Origin: Lama guanicoe
Taxonomy: Eukaryota
Direction: 5' to 3'
DNA length: 64,000 nucleotides
NCBI GenBank assembly: GCA_013239625.1
Contig: MU053559.1
Span: 3,474,607-3,538,606, forward strand
Numbering within the stretch: the first letter of the stretch is position 1; each line of letters begins with the position of its first letter. Below are positions 25,432 through 38,582 of this stretch, piece after piece. The notes below the pieces were generated by a model, which saw only the letters and a program-made list of their open reading frames with translations, ran no database searches and was not told the origin of the DNA. The translations under genes were made by a program, and so were the position numbers.

Positions 25432-25808
25432 CTATTAGTTTTCTATGTCTATTGTAACAAATTTCCACAAGTAGTGGCTGAAGGCAACATACATATATTA
25501 CCTCACGGTTATGTAGGTTAGACATCTGACATGGGTCTTGTTGGCATAAAATCAAGATGTTGCCAGAGATGTATTCCTTTCTGGAGGTTATAGAGGAGAG
25601 TCTGCTTCCTTGTCTTTCTAGCATTTAGAGACCATCCACTTTCTCTGGCCTGCAGAACCCTTCCTCCACTTTCATCTCAAGGTCAGCTGATTAGCAACCT
25701 TAATTCCATTTGTAACTTTAATTCCTCTTTGCCATACGATCCAAGGTATTTAGTTTCCGAAGTTTTGGTCATAGACATCTTTGGCAGGCCATTATTCTTC
25801 CTACCTCA
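25432..25808 (-). mobile_element. MaLR solo LTR, MLT1D-like, internally deleted
   Basis: tattagttttctat..gtaacaaattt..caaggtcagctgattagcaaccttaattcc..ggccattattc. Confidence 0.8.
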
Positions 25809-25869
25809 GTTTTTTTTTTCTCTCTTTTTCTTCTGTGCGTTCTTCACATTCCAAAAATTCTGCTTTGTA

Positions 25870-26250
25870 TACCTATATGTATGTTTATATGCATATACAT
25901 ACATTTGCTACCTCTGTCCAATGAGAGGGTCTAGAAGCAATGACACTGTAGTAGCAACTGAGTATACCTTGCATATAGCTTTGATTTCTATCTCCAAAAA
26001 GAAATCTAGACTCCTTGAAGAAATAGGTGATTCCAGGGATGGGGCAGAGCAACTACAAGATAAATATGAAACATCTTATTTTGCCAGAAAGTAATGAAGT
26101 CCTCAGAGAGCTATGGAGACAGGTCAAGAGGACAAAAGAACCACCTTGAGAGGGCTACCACTGGCTAATCTGAGACAATTAGAGTTTAAAATAAACAATG
26201 ATAATAAAGGATTACAACCCATTAAATAAAAGAAGAATGCACGTGTTCAT
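25870..26250 (+). mobile_element. L1MC4-like 3'UTR fragment
   Basis: gagggtctagaagcaatgacac..gactccttgaagaaataggtgattccaggg..gccagaaagtaa. Confidence 0.65.
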
Positions 26251-26251
26251 G

Positions 26252-26733
26252 TGTCTAGGAAAAAAACCTCTGTTTTCCTTTATTCTCACGCTAAATATTT
26301 GACAACAGATGTGCAGGGTTTTTCCCACATTGACCAATTCTCTGACACCAGCTGGGTGTCCTAAAATTCAATTCAGTTCTGATTCTAACCAGAGTTAGCA
26401 CAGACCCCCCCCCCGGGTTAAGGGCTCAGTTCCACAAGACTGTCCCCACTTCAGAAGCCACTTACACGTAGTGGGTTCCCAGGTTACAACTTCTGTCCAA
26501 CTTACCTGCAAAGTGGAGGTTCCCACGACCCCCTCCTCAGTTTCCATAATTTGCTAGAATGGCTCACAGAACTCAGGAAAATTGTTTACTTCCTATTGCC
26601 AACTTGTTACAAAGGATATTTTAAAGGATACAAAAAACAGCCCGATGAAGAGACACATAGAGTGAGGTCCAGAAGGATCCCACGCGTAGGAGCTTCTGTG
26701 CCTGTGAAGTTGAGGTATGCCACTCTCCTCCAG
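26252..26733 (-). mobile_element. MER21-like ERV LTR, partial
   Basis: gacaccagctgggtgtcct..aattcaattc..ggttaagggctcagttccacaagactg..ataatttgctagaatggctcacagaactcagg. Confidence 0.8.
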
Positions 26734-26958
26734 TATGACTTTCCCGGCTTCTTCAGGCATTCCAGGTCAAACAGGATATTCCCAGTTCAACCTTCCTTTG
26801 TCTGCAATCTTAGCTCCCAGTATAATGACCAGTACCTCTGAGACTCAATTCTATGTTCCTTGGAGAAAGTGGTCCAGGTGAGTCAATTATGCAGCCTGGT
26901 CCAATGAGCAGTGGTCAGGAGGGCGGAGTCAACTAGTATAAACACCGTCCACAGGGCC

Positions 26959-26983
26959 TGTGTGTGTGTGTGTGTGTGTGTGT
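26959..26983. repeat. (TG)n microsatellite
   Basis: About 12 perfect TG units. Confidence 0.95.
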
Positions 26984-28552
26984 ACTGGAGGGGGAGACGC
27001 CTGCATGTGTGGGTGTGTGTGCATACATGAACATGATGGCAAACAGATACACTAAAAATAACCCTATAACCCAACTCATCTAGGCAATACTAACCTATTT
27101 GATCCTGGTGGTGTAACTTTGAAGACAGTCAGAAGAACAGGACAGGTGGTCCCAGATGCCAGAACCAGGAATTTTGGGAGCACATAGCCAGCTACTCATC
27201 GAGGGAAAGCCTGAGTCAGAGCACGGGCTCCTGGGATGCTGCTTCCTGGAACGTTCACACCCCACCCACTCACACTCAGATCGGGAAGTCCAGACCAGTG
27301 GGACATTTGGGGCATGGGCATTCAGGAAGCTGAATGTGTGGTGTGGGTGGTGAAGAAATAGACAGACTGTCTGTGTTTAATCTGTCTCTAGACAACACGC
27401 TGTCTTGTGTTTCTCTTCTCCACCTTTCCTAACACATGTCTCCATTTGAGGAAGCGAAACTCCCACACCCTGTTAATTGTGATTACATCTTCAAAGTGAA
27501 TTAATTACTGTGGCCATAGTCAGATTTGTAATTATACTATTTATACTTCATTTTTAAAGTAAACATCCCTCCCGGAGATTCCGATACATCTCTCTGGGAG
27601 AAAGGAGTGCTCCCTCCCCCGCCCCACCCCCAATTGAATCCCACCCCTGGCTACGGATAACTGATTTCGATCATAAAATAGTCAATTCCATTCTACAGAC
27701 ATTCTTACTGGTGGTAATTATTATTAAATCAACACTTTCAAAATCTCAGAAATGGCCTTCGAGTGAAGATTCATGAGGCTGCATTTACTTGCAATGAAGA
27801 AATAGCCTTGGGCCATTTCATTTTATTAAATTGCCATTGTATTGGACATTTTTATATCTGCTATTAAAAAGTCAGCTATTTTAGATGTGCCCCCATACTG
27901 TGTCATATTTTCTGAAGTATATATAAAATGCAATTTGTGCAAATGAATAAAATCTCAAAGTATATGGCCAGCTGATCTATATACGGCCGGGATAATAAGT
28001 TTTCCTGGTGTGGCACGCCTGCGTACAAATCAAGCGATAGTCAAGATCAGAATTGTCTTTATTATTACAACATCTCATCATTCATTTAGAATTGGGTTTA
28101 TTACAGTCATCTATTGTTGTCTTGAGCGCTATCAAAAGACTTCAGAAACCATGTTAGATCTGCTCGAAGGCTAAGTGGTTTTCAGCAAACCCCCAGAAAA
28201 GGTTGTTGTGTAAAAAGCTTTTTCCTAGAACAATTAAAACAAGAATGGGTTGGAGTGTTCTCTTCTTGGAAAGGTCTGGAGTATTATTTCCCGAAATGTG
28301 TTCTGTGTGATGTTATCAGATAGGATGCAGAGAGCAGGGGATGGGGGTTCTTGTGTAAACAAACACTAAGAGGTTTACCGCAGGACCATTCTGAGCCTTT
28401 AATACATTAATGCAGAGCAGGATAGCCAAGAAGAGAATACATGTGCACTGCTTCAAAGCAAATTGGATCAGAGAGGACTGAGGACTATGCTGGGAAACTG
28501 TAATTCCATGCGATATAAGTTTGAAGAAGCTCATCTATTGTATGGTGGCTTT

Positions 28553-28779
28553 TTCAAACACTGAGGTGAAATTCACATAACATAAAGTAAACTATTTTAA
28601 ACTGAACAATTCAGTGGCATTTAGTACAGTGACATTGTTGTGCCACCACCATTTCCATCTAGTTCCAAAACAGTTTCATCATCCCAAGAGAAGACCCCAA
28701 TTCTCATAAGTCAGCCTTTCCCTACTCCTGCCTCCCCCAAGCCTCTGGCAATCAGCAATCTGTTATTTCTACAGATTTA
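28553..28779 (-). mobile_element. L1MB-like 3' fragment
   Basis: tgaggtgaaattcacataacataaa..acaattcagtggcatttagtaca..; flanked by gtatggtggcttt / gtatgatggcttt. Confidence 0.85.
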
Positions 28780-28792
28780 GTATGATGGCTTT

Positions 28793-28954
28793 GTTTTTTT
28801 TTTTAATAGATTTGACTTTTTAGAGCAGTTTTAGGTTCACAGCAAAACTGAGCAGGAGGTACGGAGAGTTCCCGTGTACCCCGTTCCCCGCCCCAGCACG
28901 TATGGCCTCCCCCACTATCAACATCCTGCACCAGTGATACATGTGTCACAACCA
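28793..28954 (-). mobile_element. L1MC1-like 3' fragment
   Basis: tttttagagcagttttaggttcacagcaaaactgagc..ctcccccactatcaacatcc; same family as 42720. Confidence 0.85.
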
Positions 28955-30840
28955 TATGTTGGCTTTTTAATGAGATATTTTAAGTGGTTCTTTAAAGCCT
29001 TGTTTTCATAACTCAGATTTTTTTTAATAAGCAGATATACATGGCAAATTTCTACGGAATTGTCCCCAGTGATGTCTACTCATCTGTGTCAAAACATTGT
29101 ACTGCATGACTGTGATGATGAACTGAAAAGCTATGCCCTTACAGGTGCTCAGATAACCCTTTGGAATTAGGGTCTCTCATCTCTCCAAAGTTGGCATTAC
29201 GGCTTCCATAACAGTAGAAGACATCCTTCAGTGTACATCACATCTCCTTAGCTCCCTGAAACAAGAAGTCTGGTTTTTCAATAGAATAATGAATGGGTTG
29301 TAAGAATGGAGAACATCTCTTGTAATAAGCATGCAAATGAAAAGTAAGGAGTAATAATATTTGCATCCGAATACGAACTGGCAAAAAAAAAAAGTATGCT
29401 CAAAATCAACCTTACTTTAATCTTGTTTTAACTGGGAGTTCTACAGAGCTGTGTTCAACCATTATTTATTTATTGGTATTCTAGGTGAGCTCTTAAAGCC
29501 GTATGTCTACAGAAGAAATGCACAAAAGGATTAGCAGAGAACCAAGCTGCAGTATTAAATTTTAAATTGCATGGCATATTTATAACATTCTTGGATCCCT
29601 TTTTTTCTTTTTAAAAAATTCCTTTCTGTTCACCTTATCTGAAAGCAAAAAAAAGACTTTCATGAGATTACTAAAAAATGAACTTTGGTTCAACTACAAT
29701 GAATGTCTTGAAGCCATTTTAGTCTTGTCTTTGTACTGTATCTAAAGTGAATACAGAAATCTGCTCAAAATCATGAGTTGAAAAAAATGTATAGCTTTAA
29801 AGGGCCAATCTAGTTGAATTTACTTACTGAATGATCAGTTGGATACTTGATGGAACCTTAAACAACATCAATTTTGAAGGAATTATGTGGTGGACATTTG
29901 CCGCTAACCAAATAAAAATTGGGGGGACTTGGTAACAAAAATAAAATCTTTCTCTGAGTCAGGACACGATTAAAGCTAAGTACCTGCTTGCCCAAGAAGC
30001 TCCATCAGGTGATTGGGAAGCAGATCTCAAAGCAAAATGACGTGGTGTGTCCTCAGTGACAGAAAGAAGAGGACTATGTAATTGAATGAGTGAACTCGAA
30101 TGGTTGGTGGATGACTGTGGGGACATGAAGAGAATGAAATTTATTTAGAGACGTTCCCGGGTGCAATCTTTCATCCACACATGACCATGGGATCACAGCC
30201 TTTCTGCTCACTCTCCTTAGGCTAAGTGCTGATTTGGTGGCCACATTTTTTCGTGCATTTTACCAGATCAGGCAGTGACCTAGAAGTTTCAGAGACACTG
30301 AGAAAGAGGAAAAGGGTTTGAAAAGTACAGCAAACGAGTATCATGGAATACCCCTTAACCATAATTAAGAATGAATTCTGAAAGTTTTTCTATTCTCATC
30401 ACCAGGCTTTCTGGATTCATGTATCTGTGACTGAAAAGACTTATTTGAATAATGGAGGACTCAATTAAGAAATCAAGGCAGTGATAAGTGACAGATCCCA
30501 GAACAGGGACTGAGGACTCCTTACACTTCACCACGCCTGTTCGAACACAAGTGACAGAAGACTCTGAGTGGGTTCTGATGTCTGTCGCCAGTACCTTCTT
30601 ATAGGACCTATTCACCCTCACTTGATTCTTGAGTTCTCACACCAGCTCAGTCCTTCTCTGCCCTGGACCCGCACGTGGGGAGGCATTTCCCCTTCTCAGG
30701 TTGCTTTCCTTCCCATCCTTCAGGTTGAAGCTCAAACTGTGCTTTCCCCCACCCCACAGTCTTTCCTGGGTACTTGAACTGGAGACTCCACAATTTGTAA
30801 TTATTTTTTGTTTGCCTGCCCCTTATCCCCTTGATGGGAG

Positions 30841-31244
30841 ATGATTTTGTTTGCTAGGACCACTGTAATCAAGTCCCACAGAGCGGATGATGGTAGTAAC
30901 AGAAATGTACCGTCTCCCAGTTCTGGAGGCTGGAAGTCCTAGATCAAGGTGTGGGCAGGGCTGGTCTCTTCTCAGGGCTGTGAGGGAGGGATCTGTTCCA
31001 GGTCTCTCTCCTGAGCTCATAGATGGACCTCTCTCTGTGTCTTCACATTGTTTTCCAAATTTCCCCATTTTTATGGACCCCAGTCATTTGGATTAAGGCC
31101 CCCACTAATGATCTCATTTTAATTTGATTATCTCTATAAAGACCTTATCTCCCAATACCATCCCATTCTGAGGTTCTGGGGAATTAGAACTTAAACAGAT
31201 GAATTTGGGGGGAGTGGGTGAAAAAACGCAATTGATCCCAGAAC
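30841..31244 (-). mobile_element. MaLR solo LTR, MLT1B-like
   Basis: cagttctggaggctggaagtcc..gatcaaggtgt..ggattaaggccc..aaagaccttatctcc..cattctgagg. Confidence 0.85.
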
Positions 31245-31352
31245 AGCAGGGATTCTGTAATTTTCACATCATTTATTGTATGGCTGCCCAGCCCCTAGAA
31301 CAGTGCCTGGCAGGCACATAACAGACCTCAGCTAATGTTAGTTGAGTGAATG
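31245..31352 (+). mobile_element. L2 3' end
   Basis: cccagcccctagaacagtgcctggca..gttgagtgaatga. Confidence 0.7.
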
Positions 31353-31859
31353 ATTGCTCTACTCTTCCCAGTTGTTTAAGGAACGAGTTCTCTTGCAGGT
31401 CTAGCACTGACCCTTCTCTGCTGCACCCTGGGGTCCTTGTGTGCTGGCGGAATTCTCTTATTGCTTCAGGGCCCTTAGTGGGTGTACTTATTACTTTATG
31501 CAGATCCTTCATCTTTCCTGGAAACATTGAAGCTGACAGCAGAACACACAAATTCCCAGATGACAATGTTCTTAAGTGGAACAATTGCATGTTACATAGA
31601 TTCATACCCTCGTTTACAGAGGTGGACATATGTTGTCTTCAAGCTTTCTAGTTTACGTGGTTCATAGGGTCCATCAGATAAAAACCGGTCAACTGCCCAG
31701 GACAAGAGCAATTATTGTTATTGGTTGGTGTCAAGAATGGACAAGAATTTCTCCTGGGTGTTACCCTGAAAGAGGCATTGTTATCATGACAAACACATGT
31801 CGATAACATAAGGTCTATAAGTTGCTTGTTTCTCTTTTTTGACTTTTTTACAAGCTAAT

Positions 31860-34230
31860 TTTAATGTATTTATAATTTCTGATCTTAATAGGATGCATTT
31901 TTATTGAAGAAAAGAGGAAACTTGCAGGTAAGCGGAAAAAAGACATTATAAATAATTTAAAATCCTAGCATCTAGGGAAAAAAACCATTGTTAACATTCT
32001 GGTGTGTGTTTTTCCTGTTTTACATTTTGCGTGAACAAAATTTTTAACAAAAGGTTCAAACTGCACATTATTTTTCAATCTGTTTTTAATTAAACCATAT
32101 ATCATGCACATTTTCCCAAGCCATTAAACATTCTTTAAAAATATTTTTAATAGCTTCTATGTATTCCATTAGATAAAGGCATTTACTTATTGAGCCAATC
32201 CTCTGCTGCTGCATAGTTAGTTGGTTTCCAAGATTGGCTACTATAAGAAATGATGCTATGAACATACTTACAGATAAATCATTGCAAAAATTTAGACTTA
32301 TTTCCTTAGGATAAATTCCCAGAAGACCAATAGTCAACATTTAAAAGTTTTCAAACAGAAACGACCACTTTTCTATATAGAATGTTATAAAATTCATACT
32401 CTGGCCAGCTGTGTTCAAGGGTACCAGTTGCTTGCACCGTTATCAAACTTTATGTATCATAATTGTATTTAATTCTTGTCAGTTTGATACACAAAAGGTG
32501 ATACCTCATTGTTGTGATAAGTTGTAGTGTATTAATAAAGCAGCTAAACTTTTATTAAAAAATAAAATGATTGGCTCCACAATTTTGTGAATTACACTTT
32601 CATGGCCTTTGCCAGTTTTATTTATTGATTTTTGATTTGTGAAAGCTCTTTATTGCATATACTTTTTTTTACTTCATATGTAGTAGCGAGGTTTTCCTAA
32701 TTTTGTTTGTGCTCTTCCAATAGAAAAGCACTATATGCTTAAGTTTTTAATATATATACTGTTTTTCCTTTATGCATAGGAGTGTTAACATTTTTATATG
32801 GTCAAAGAAACCATTTTTTTAAATGATGTTGCTTTCAGTGTCATGATTAGAAAAGCCTATTGCACTCCAAGCTTACTTAAATATGTATCTCTATTCACTT
32901 CTGGAATGTGCATGTGTTTTCTTAAAATTTTACATTTTTAGCCCAGCTGAAATCTTTTCTGGAATATAATAAAGTTGACTTAATTTTTCCACCAATATTT
33001 AGTCAAATTATATAATGAGTGATTTAAATGACACTACTATCACATGCTAAACTCTTAAACATTCCTGCATTTGTTCTGTACTATTTTTCTTACCTTGAAT
33101 TGCTTGTCTAGTCCTGTGCACGTACCAGATTATTCAAATTATTGTGGCTTTATATTATGTTTCAAATTCCTTCTCATTTTTCTTTTTAAAGTTTTCTTGG
33201 TTATTCTTGCATGTTTATTCTTCTGAATAAATTTTAAAAGCATTTTGTCAAGTTGCAAGAATGTTCAGTTGGTATTCGATTAGATTAGAAACACCACATT
33301 TATAAACCAAACTGGGAAGAATTAATACTTTAATAATAATGGGTTTCGCTGTCTAGAAAAACAGTGTCTTTCTCCATTTTGAACTCTTTTAAAGTATGTT
33401 TTTTATTTTCTTTACACATTATTGCACATTTCTTAAGATCATTTGAAAGTATGGTATTTTTGTTCATTTTTTGTGGATGAAATATTTACTTTTTAATATG
33501 TAAAAGTCATTGATACTTGTACACATATGTTGCTATCCACCACTTTCTAGTAGTTTTAACATTTTCATGAATGATTTTTCTTGAGGTCTTGAAGTAGGTA
33601 AAAATAATTGAAAATAGCATTAGTTTAGTTCCCTTTCTAATATTTATACCTCCTATTTCTCTTCTTGTTTTGTTATATTGTTTGGAACTTAAGAGAAAAA
33701 AATGAATAGTGATTATCTCAAGCATCTTTATCTTATTCCTGACTTCAGCTGAAAAGGCTGTCAGAATGATGTAAATTGTTGGTTTGCAAAATATACCATT
33801 TATCATGTTAAGAAGGTGTTCTTTTAGTCCTAGTTCACTAGACATATTTATAATTCATGGATATTTAATTTTACCATCTATTAATTAATTTGGGAACATC
33901 TATTGAAATTCTGGTTTTCCCCCCTCAATGTGATAAATTATGTTAGTAGATTTTAAAGTGTTAAATACCCCTAGCATTTTTGGTATAAACTCTTTTCCAT
34001 TGTGGTGCACAATTCTTTTATTTTCATGCTGAATTCAGTCTGCCAATGCTAGGTTGAGGATTTTTGTTTCTATATACTCACCAGACTATTTAATAAGCTT
34101 TCTTTGAGTGTTTAATCTTTATCAGGTCTTAATATTGGGTTTTGCTAACTTCATAAAATGGATTAGAATTTTTCCATCATTTCCTCTACTTTGGAATTAT
34201 TTAAATAGCATTGGAATAATATGAAAATGA
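31860..34230 (-). mobile_element. Ancient L1ME-like element (degenerate ORF2 plus 3'UTR)
   Basis: ORF-track peptides LLGIYPKE..MFIAS..EYIEAIK (32086-32340) and LLNMINGIFCKPT..REIGGINIRKG.KLMLF (33507-33845) resemble L1 ORF2p. Confidence 0.8.
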
Positions 34231-34339
34231 AAATAACTCAATAATTAATTTTTGACAAGGTTTGTGATTTCTTCCAGTTTCTGATCTATTCCAATGTCTT
34301 ACGTCTTCTTGAACCAGTTCACAGGACTCTTTCTCAGAA

Positions 34340-34455
34340 AAGTGCTTCTGGAACATTAATGTGTATACAAATCTCCTAGGGATCTCATTGGTATGTAGAT
34401 TCTGATTCCTTAGAACGGCACCAAGTGGTCCAAGTATTCTACTCTCTAGTGACAT
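34340..34455. mobile_element. MER5B-like hAT-Charlie fragment
   Basis: agtgcttct..aatgtgtatacaaatctcctagggatct..gtagattctgattc. Confidence 0.55.
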
Positions 34456-34497
34456 TCACTCACAGAATGATAGAAGAATATCTAAAGAGAAGGATTA

Positions 34498-34677
34498 TGT
34501 CTTAGGTCTTGTTCTCCAGAATCAGACTCTAATTTGAGGACTCATGTACATGTGATTTATTTTAGGACTATTCCCAGGAGAAACTGGCATGGCAGTGAGC
34601 GGAAGCAGGATGGAGGAGGGGAAGAAGCTGAGCAAGGGTGTAAGTCCAGGTGATGTCCCAGCCTCAGCTTGATCCCT
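34498..34677 (-). mobile_element. LTR16C-like ERVL fragment
   Basis: tgtcttaggtc..tccagaatcagactct..gtgatttatt..ttcccaggagaaactgg. Confidence 0.6.
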
Positions 34678-35377
34678 GACTTCAGACAAACATCAAGTGT
34701 AAAATAGGGCAGCAGAGAGTTTAAGATTGCACTCTCTGTTAAGTTGTGACAGTCGACCCTTCTATATTGGGATACTGATACTTCTGCAGATGATCGATTG
34801 ATTAGTTACCTAGAAGTAGGGTTGATACCCTTATGTGAAACACAAAGAACCATCTAACAGGAATGTGTGCCTGAATAGAAAGCCATAGTACCTTTGCTTT
34901 CAGAGGAAACATGAGAAAACCATGGGCAAGGCCAAGATTCTTTTAAAAAATTGTTTTTCACTTACTATGGTGCATAGACACATGGGAAATACAAGCCTGA
35001 AGCTCCACTTCCTATCATTTCACAAAAATGTCTTTAGCCTGGAACTTTTCAAGGCTTTGAACATTAAAAATAGTTCAGTAAAGGCCCTAAATGATTTCCA
35101 ACAATATAACTAAATAAAATAATGCATATGGAAATTTCATCTATATACTAGATTGTCATTTGAAGAAATTCTACCAAAAATGATGTCCTTAATTTTAGAA
35201 AAGATTGTCTACTGCATCTCTTCTTTATACAATCGTTAGGTAGAGCCTCAGCAGTCTGTTCAAACCATAATATCTGTATATAAGGAAATATTTGTTATTC
35301 TCATCTCTGTAATAGGAGGGCATACATTCTGCTTTTCCAGAAGTGGCACCAGAGCCTTAACAAACAATCATTTGCAC

Positions 35378-35413
35378 TGTGGCAGGTTGTATTTTCCAAA
35401 GATAGCTGCTATT

Positions 35414-35465
<52 letters not shown>

Positions 35466-36025
35466 CACATATATATACACACATACATACATCTATGTCT
35501 TTATCTATATCTATATCCCATTCTTTATGCCCTTCTACAATATCCTGTTGACATTTCTCCTTCAAGAAGTAGCCTCCGTGTTCCCTTCCTCAAACACAGA
35601 TAAAGCTTTCTAACCACCTTGATCAACAGAAGATGGCAGAAGTGGTGCCGTGTGACTTCAGAGGCTACGTCACAATAGGCAATACAGAGCTCCTTTTCTT
35701 GCTATGTTCACCCTTAAAAACCCAGCCACCATGTTGGGAGGATGTTCAGGCTATGCAAGAGGCCACATGTGGGTGTTCCAGCTGACAGTCCCAGCTAGAC
35801 CCCAGCCCACAGCCAGCATCTGCAGCCTCAGACATGCAAGCGAATGAGCTTTCAGAGGACTCCAGCCCTTGGCCTTTGTGCTGCCCAGCTGAGGCCCTAA
35901 ACATCACGCATGATGTGAAAACAAGCTTTTTCTATGATGTTCTGTCAGAATTCCTGACCTACTCAATCTACAAGATAATAAATGATTAGTGTCATTTTAA
36001 ACCACTAAATTGAGCGTTGATTTTG
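35378..36025 (+). mobile_element. MaLR solo LTR, MLT1F-like, containing a microsatellite
   Basis: tgtggcaggttgtattttccaaagat..atggcagaagtg..ccagctgacagtcccagct..gaattcctgacc. Confidence 0.8.
35416..35515. repeat. Compound (TG)n(TA)n microsatellite
   Basis: About 15 TG units followed by TA/CA-rich repeats. Confidence 0.95.
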
Positions 36026-36177
36026 TTAACTGAGATATGCACCAGTCAGCCATCTTTCCCCACTGATTTAAGATGTCACTGTCACATATTAAACTTCTAA
36101 ATTGACATGGGTCTATAATGAACCCTTTTGTGTTTCATTGATTTGTCTAGTCATATCTGTTGAGGAAAGTTTCTTTT

Positions 36178-36572
36178 TGTATCAGTATATACATAGGTAA
36201 TGCTATGGTAAAACACAAATTCCCAAATCCTTGATGTTTAATACACCAAAGACTTATTTCACAGTCACACGAATCCTACCAAGGGTCAGACAACTCTCCA
36301 GACCAGTTGTCTTCCATTTGCAGATTCAGCGACACAGGCTGCTTCCCTGTTGTGTTGCTACAATCTCAATATATGACCTCCAGGTCACTGAAGCATGGGA
36401 AGATAGCACTGAAGAGTTTTTTTGTGCCCAGGATCTTCAATGGTTTGACCCGGAAGTGTCACTTTTTCTGCCCATTTGCCAGAACTAGTCACCCAGTCCC
36501 ATGAGCAACAAGGGGGCTCAGAAAAATGGAAGACTCCATGAATATTGGGTGAGTAATAGATGTTTTGCCACA
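36178..36572 (-). mobile_element. MaLR solo LTR, MLT1J-like
   Basis: tgtatcagt..atgctatggtaaaaca..cccggaagtg..catttgccagaactagtcac..gccaca. Confidence 0.65.
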
Positions 36573-36671
36573 GCCTTTATTATTTATAGTTTATTTTTTC
36601 CAGAAATTTCTCGACTATTCTCATACATATATTGTTCCTGACGAATTTTTGAATTCAATATATTAAGTTTT

Positions 36672-37103
36672 TTAAGCTATGTTAGTTTCAGGTGTACAGC
36701 AAAGCAATTCAGTTATACATATACACCCATATATATATATTTTTTTTCAGATTCTTTTTCCATTGCAGCTCATTACAAGAAATTGAATTTAGTTCCCCTG
36801 TGCTATACAGTAAGTCTCTGTTGTTTATCTATTTTATGTATAGTAATATGTACCTATTAATCCCAAACTCCTAGTTTATCTCTCCCCTCCTTTCCCCACT
36901 GGTAACCACAGTTTGTTTTCTATGTCTGTGAGTCTATTTCTGGTTGGTCAATAAATTTGTATTTTTTTTTTAGATTCCACATATAAGCGACATCATATGG
37001 TATTTGTCTTTCTCTATCTGACTTACTTCAGTTAATACGATCATCTCTATGTCCACCCATGTTGCTGCAAATGGCATTAGTTCATTTTTTTTATGACTGA
37101 GTA
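36672..37103 (-). mobile_element. L1 3' fragment, cetartiodactyl-type
   Basis: tgttagtttcaggtgtacagcaaag..gttccc..tgtgctatacagt..tagattccacatataag; flanks atattaagtttt / atattaaatttt. Confidence 0.85.
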
Positions 37104-38064
37104 ATATTAAATTTTAATTAAGAAAAAACCCAACTCTTTCTTTGTTGGGAAGAGGAAACAAGCTAAAACAGAGAGGGACTAGAATGTTTCCCAAATTTTT
37201 ACTGTTATATATTTGTTACTCCATTCCTACCAACCAAGACTCTTTTGGTTCCGGATTCATTGCTAATCAAAATTTAATGTCTAGCTCATTTAGCTTAGGC
37301 CATAACCAATTTCTGGCTCTAGATCCAAAAGTGGACGAAAGGTTAATGGTATTTTCAGATTTCATAGATAATTTCTCCTCACAGTAAGAATGAATATAAG
37401 AGTGATATGCAGTTGGAGTAACTGTATCTAAAGCATCATTGCTCTGTAATTGAAACATTAGTCTTAGAAACTTAGACATGAAACAGACAATAGATTTATC
37501 ACATGAGGGAAATGTCCAATAATTTAATAGTTCTATAGTTTGAGGGGAGGACAGAGTAAAATATAGCCCTATTAAAGATAGGATAAAATGTTACATTAAA
37601 AAAAAAAAACGACAACAACCGCTCCTCAAAAAGCTTTGGAATGATTATATAATTTGAATTGCAGTCTCTGAAGCAGCAAGCAAAGTATGGAATTTTGTCA
37701 ATTTTATATTGAACTGATGGATAATTCTCAGCAGAGTGAAAAGAAAGCCATGCTTTTACATTTTTAAGTTCATGATGTTTTGTATGTGTGTAGAAATATT
37801 TACTCATTACCTTGAAGCATGGCACCTCAGGTCTCTCTTGGACCTGCTTTATGCAGTAAATCACAGATAGTATTTTGAGATTGCATCGTGCTTGAATGTT
37901 CTTTCTTTTCTTGATGGAGGCAACCAAGAATCTGCCTGGAGAAGGGGGCATTAGGTTTGCCCAGGCTTCTAAAGATTGACATAACCCAGTCAGGGTTTAG
38001 TTGGCCAGTTTGCAGTCCTTTTTTCTCTTATATTTGCTCCTAACTTGATCCAGTCTCATGGCTT

Positions 38065-38582
38065 TGTAACAGAGAAGAACAAACCTGCCTCCATATTGGA
38101 TCTATTCCTTTAGCTCTAACCCTTGTGCTCTGTTGCCTGTACTTAGTCATTCTTGGCATGCAACTTTGTAAAAGAATGTTGTCTATATCTTGAAATATCC
38201 ATCCTAACTCATTGTCAAGGCTCTGACCTTTAAAGGTACAACATTTTCCCATTCATACAGAGATAAAAAGCTGCAGAACAGAAAATAACATTTGTCTTGT
38301 TGGAGGCTTGTAGAAACATTGTGACCAGATCTCCGTGGACAGCAGCAAGAACAAAGGATTCCTGCACCACAAAGTTTGCAACAACCAGCCACATCCCCTC
38401 CCCTTTTAGTATAAAAGAAGCCTGAGTTCTACCTCAGGTAAGATGGTTCTTCCGGACACTAGTTCACCATATTCTTAGTCTGCTGGCTTTCCAAATAAAG
38501 TCACTATTCCTTGCCCCAACAACTCATCTCTCATTTATTGGCCTGTCATGCAGTGAGCAGTAGGAACTTGGACTCAGTAACA
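38065..38582 (+). mobile_element. ERV1 solo LTR, MER34-like, intact TG...CA
   Basis: 4-bp TSD gctt on both sides, TATAAAAG at 38410, AATAAA at 38494, end ..cttggactcagtaaca; interrupts an L2. Confidence 0.8.

Noticed and set aside
24453..25808. Full MaLR provirus between the two MLT1D-like LTRs
   Set aside because: The LTRs are inverted and no internal region is present.
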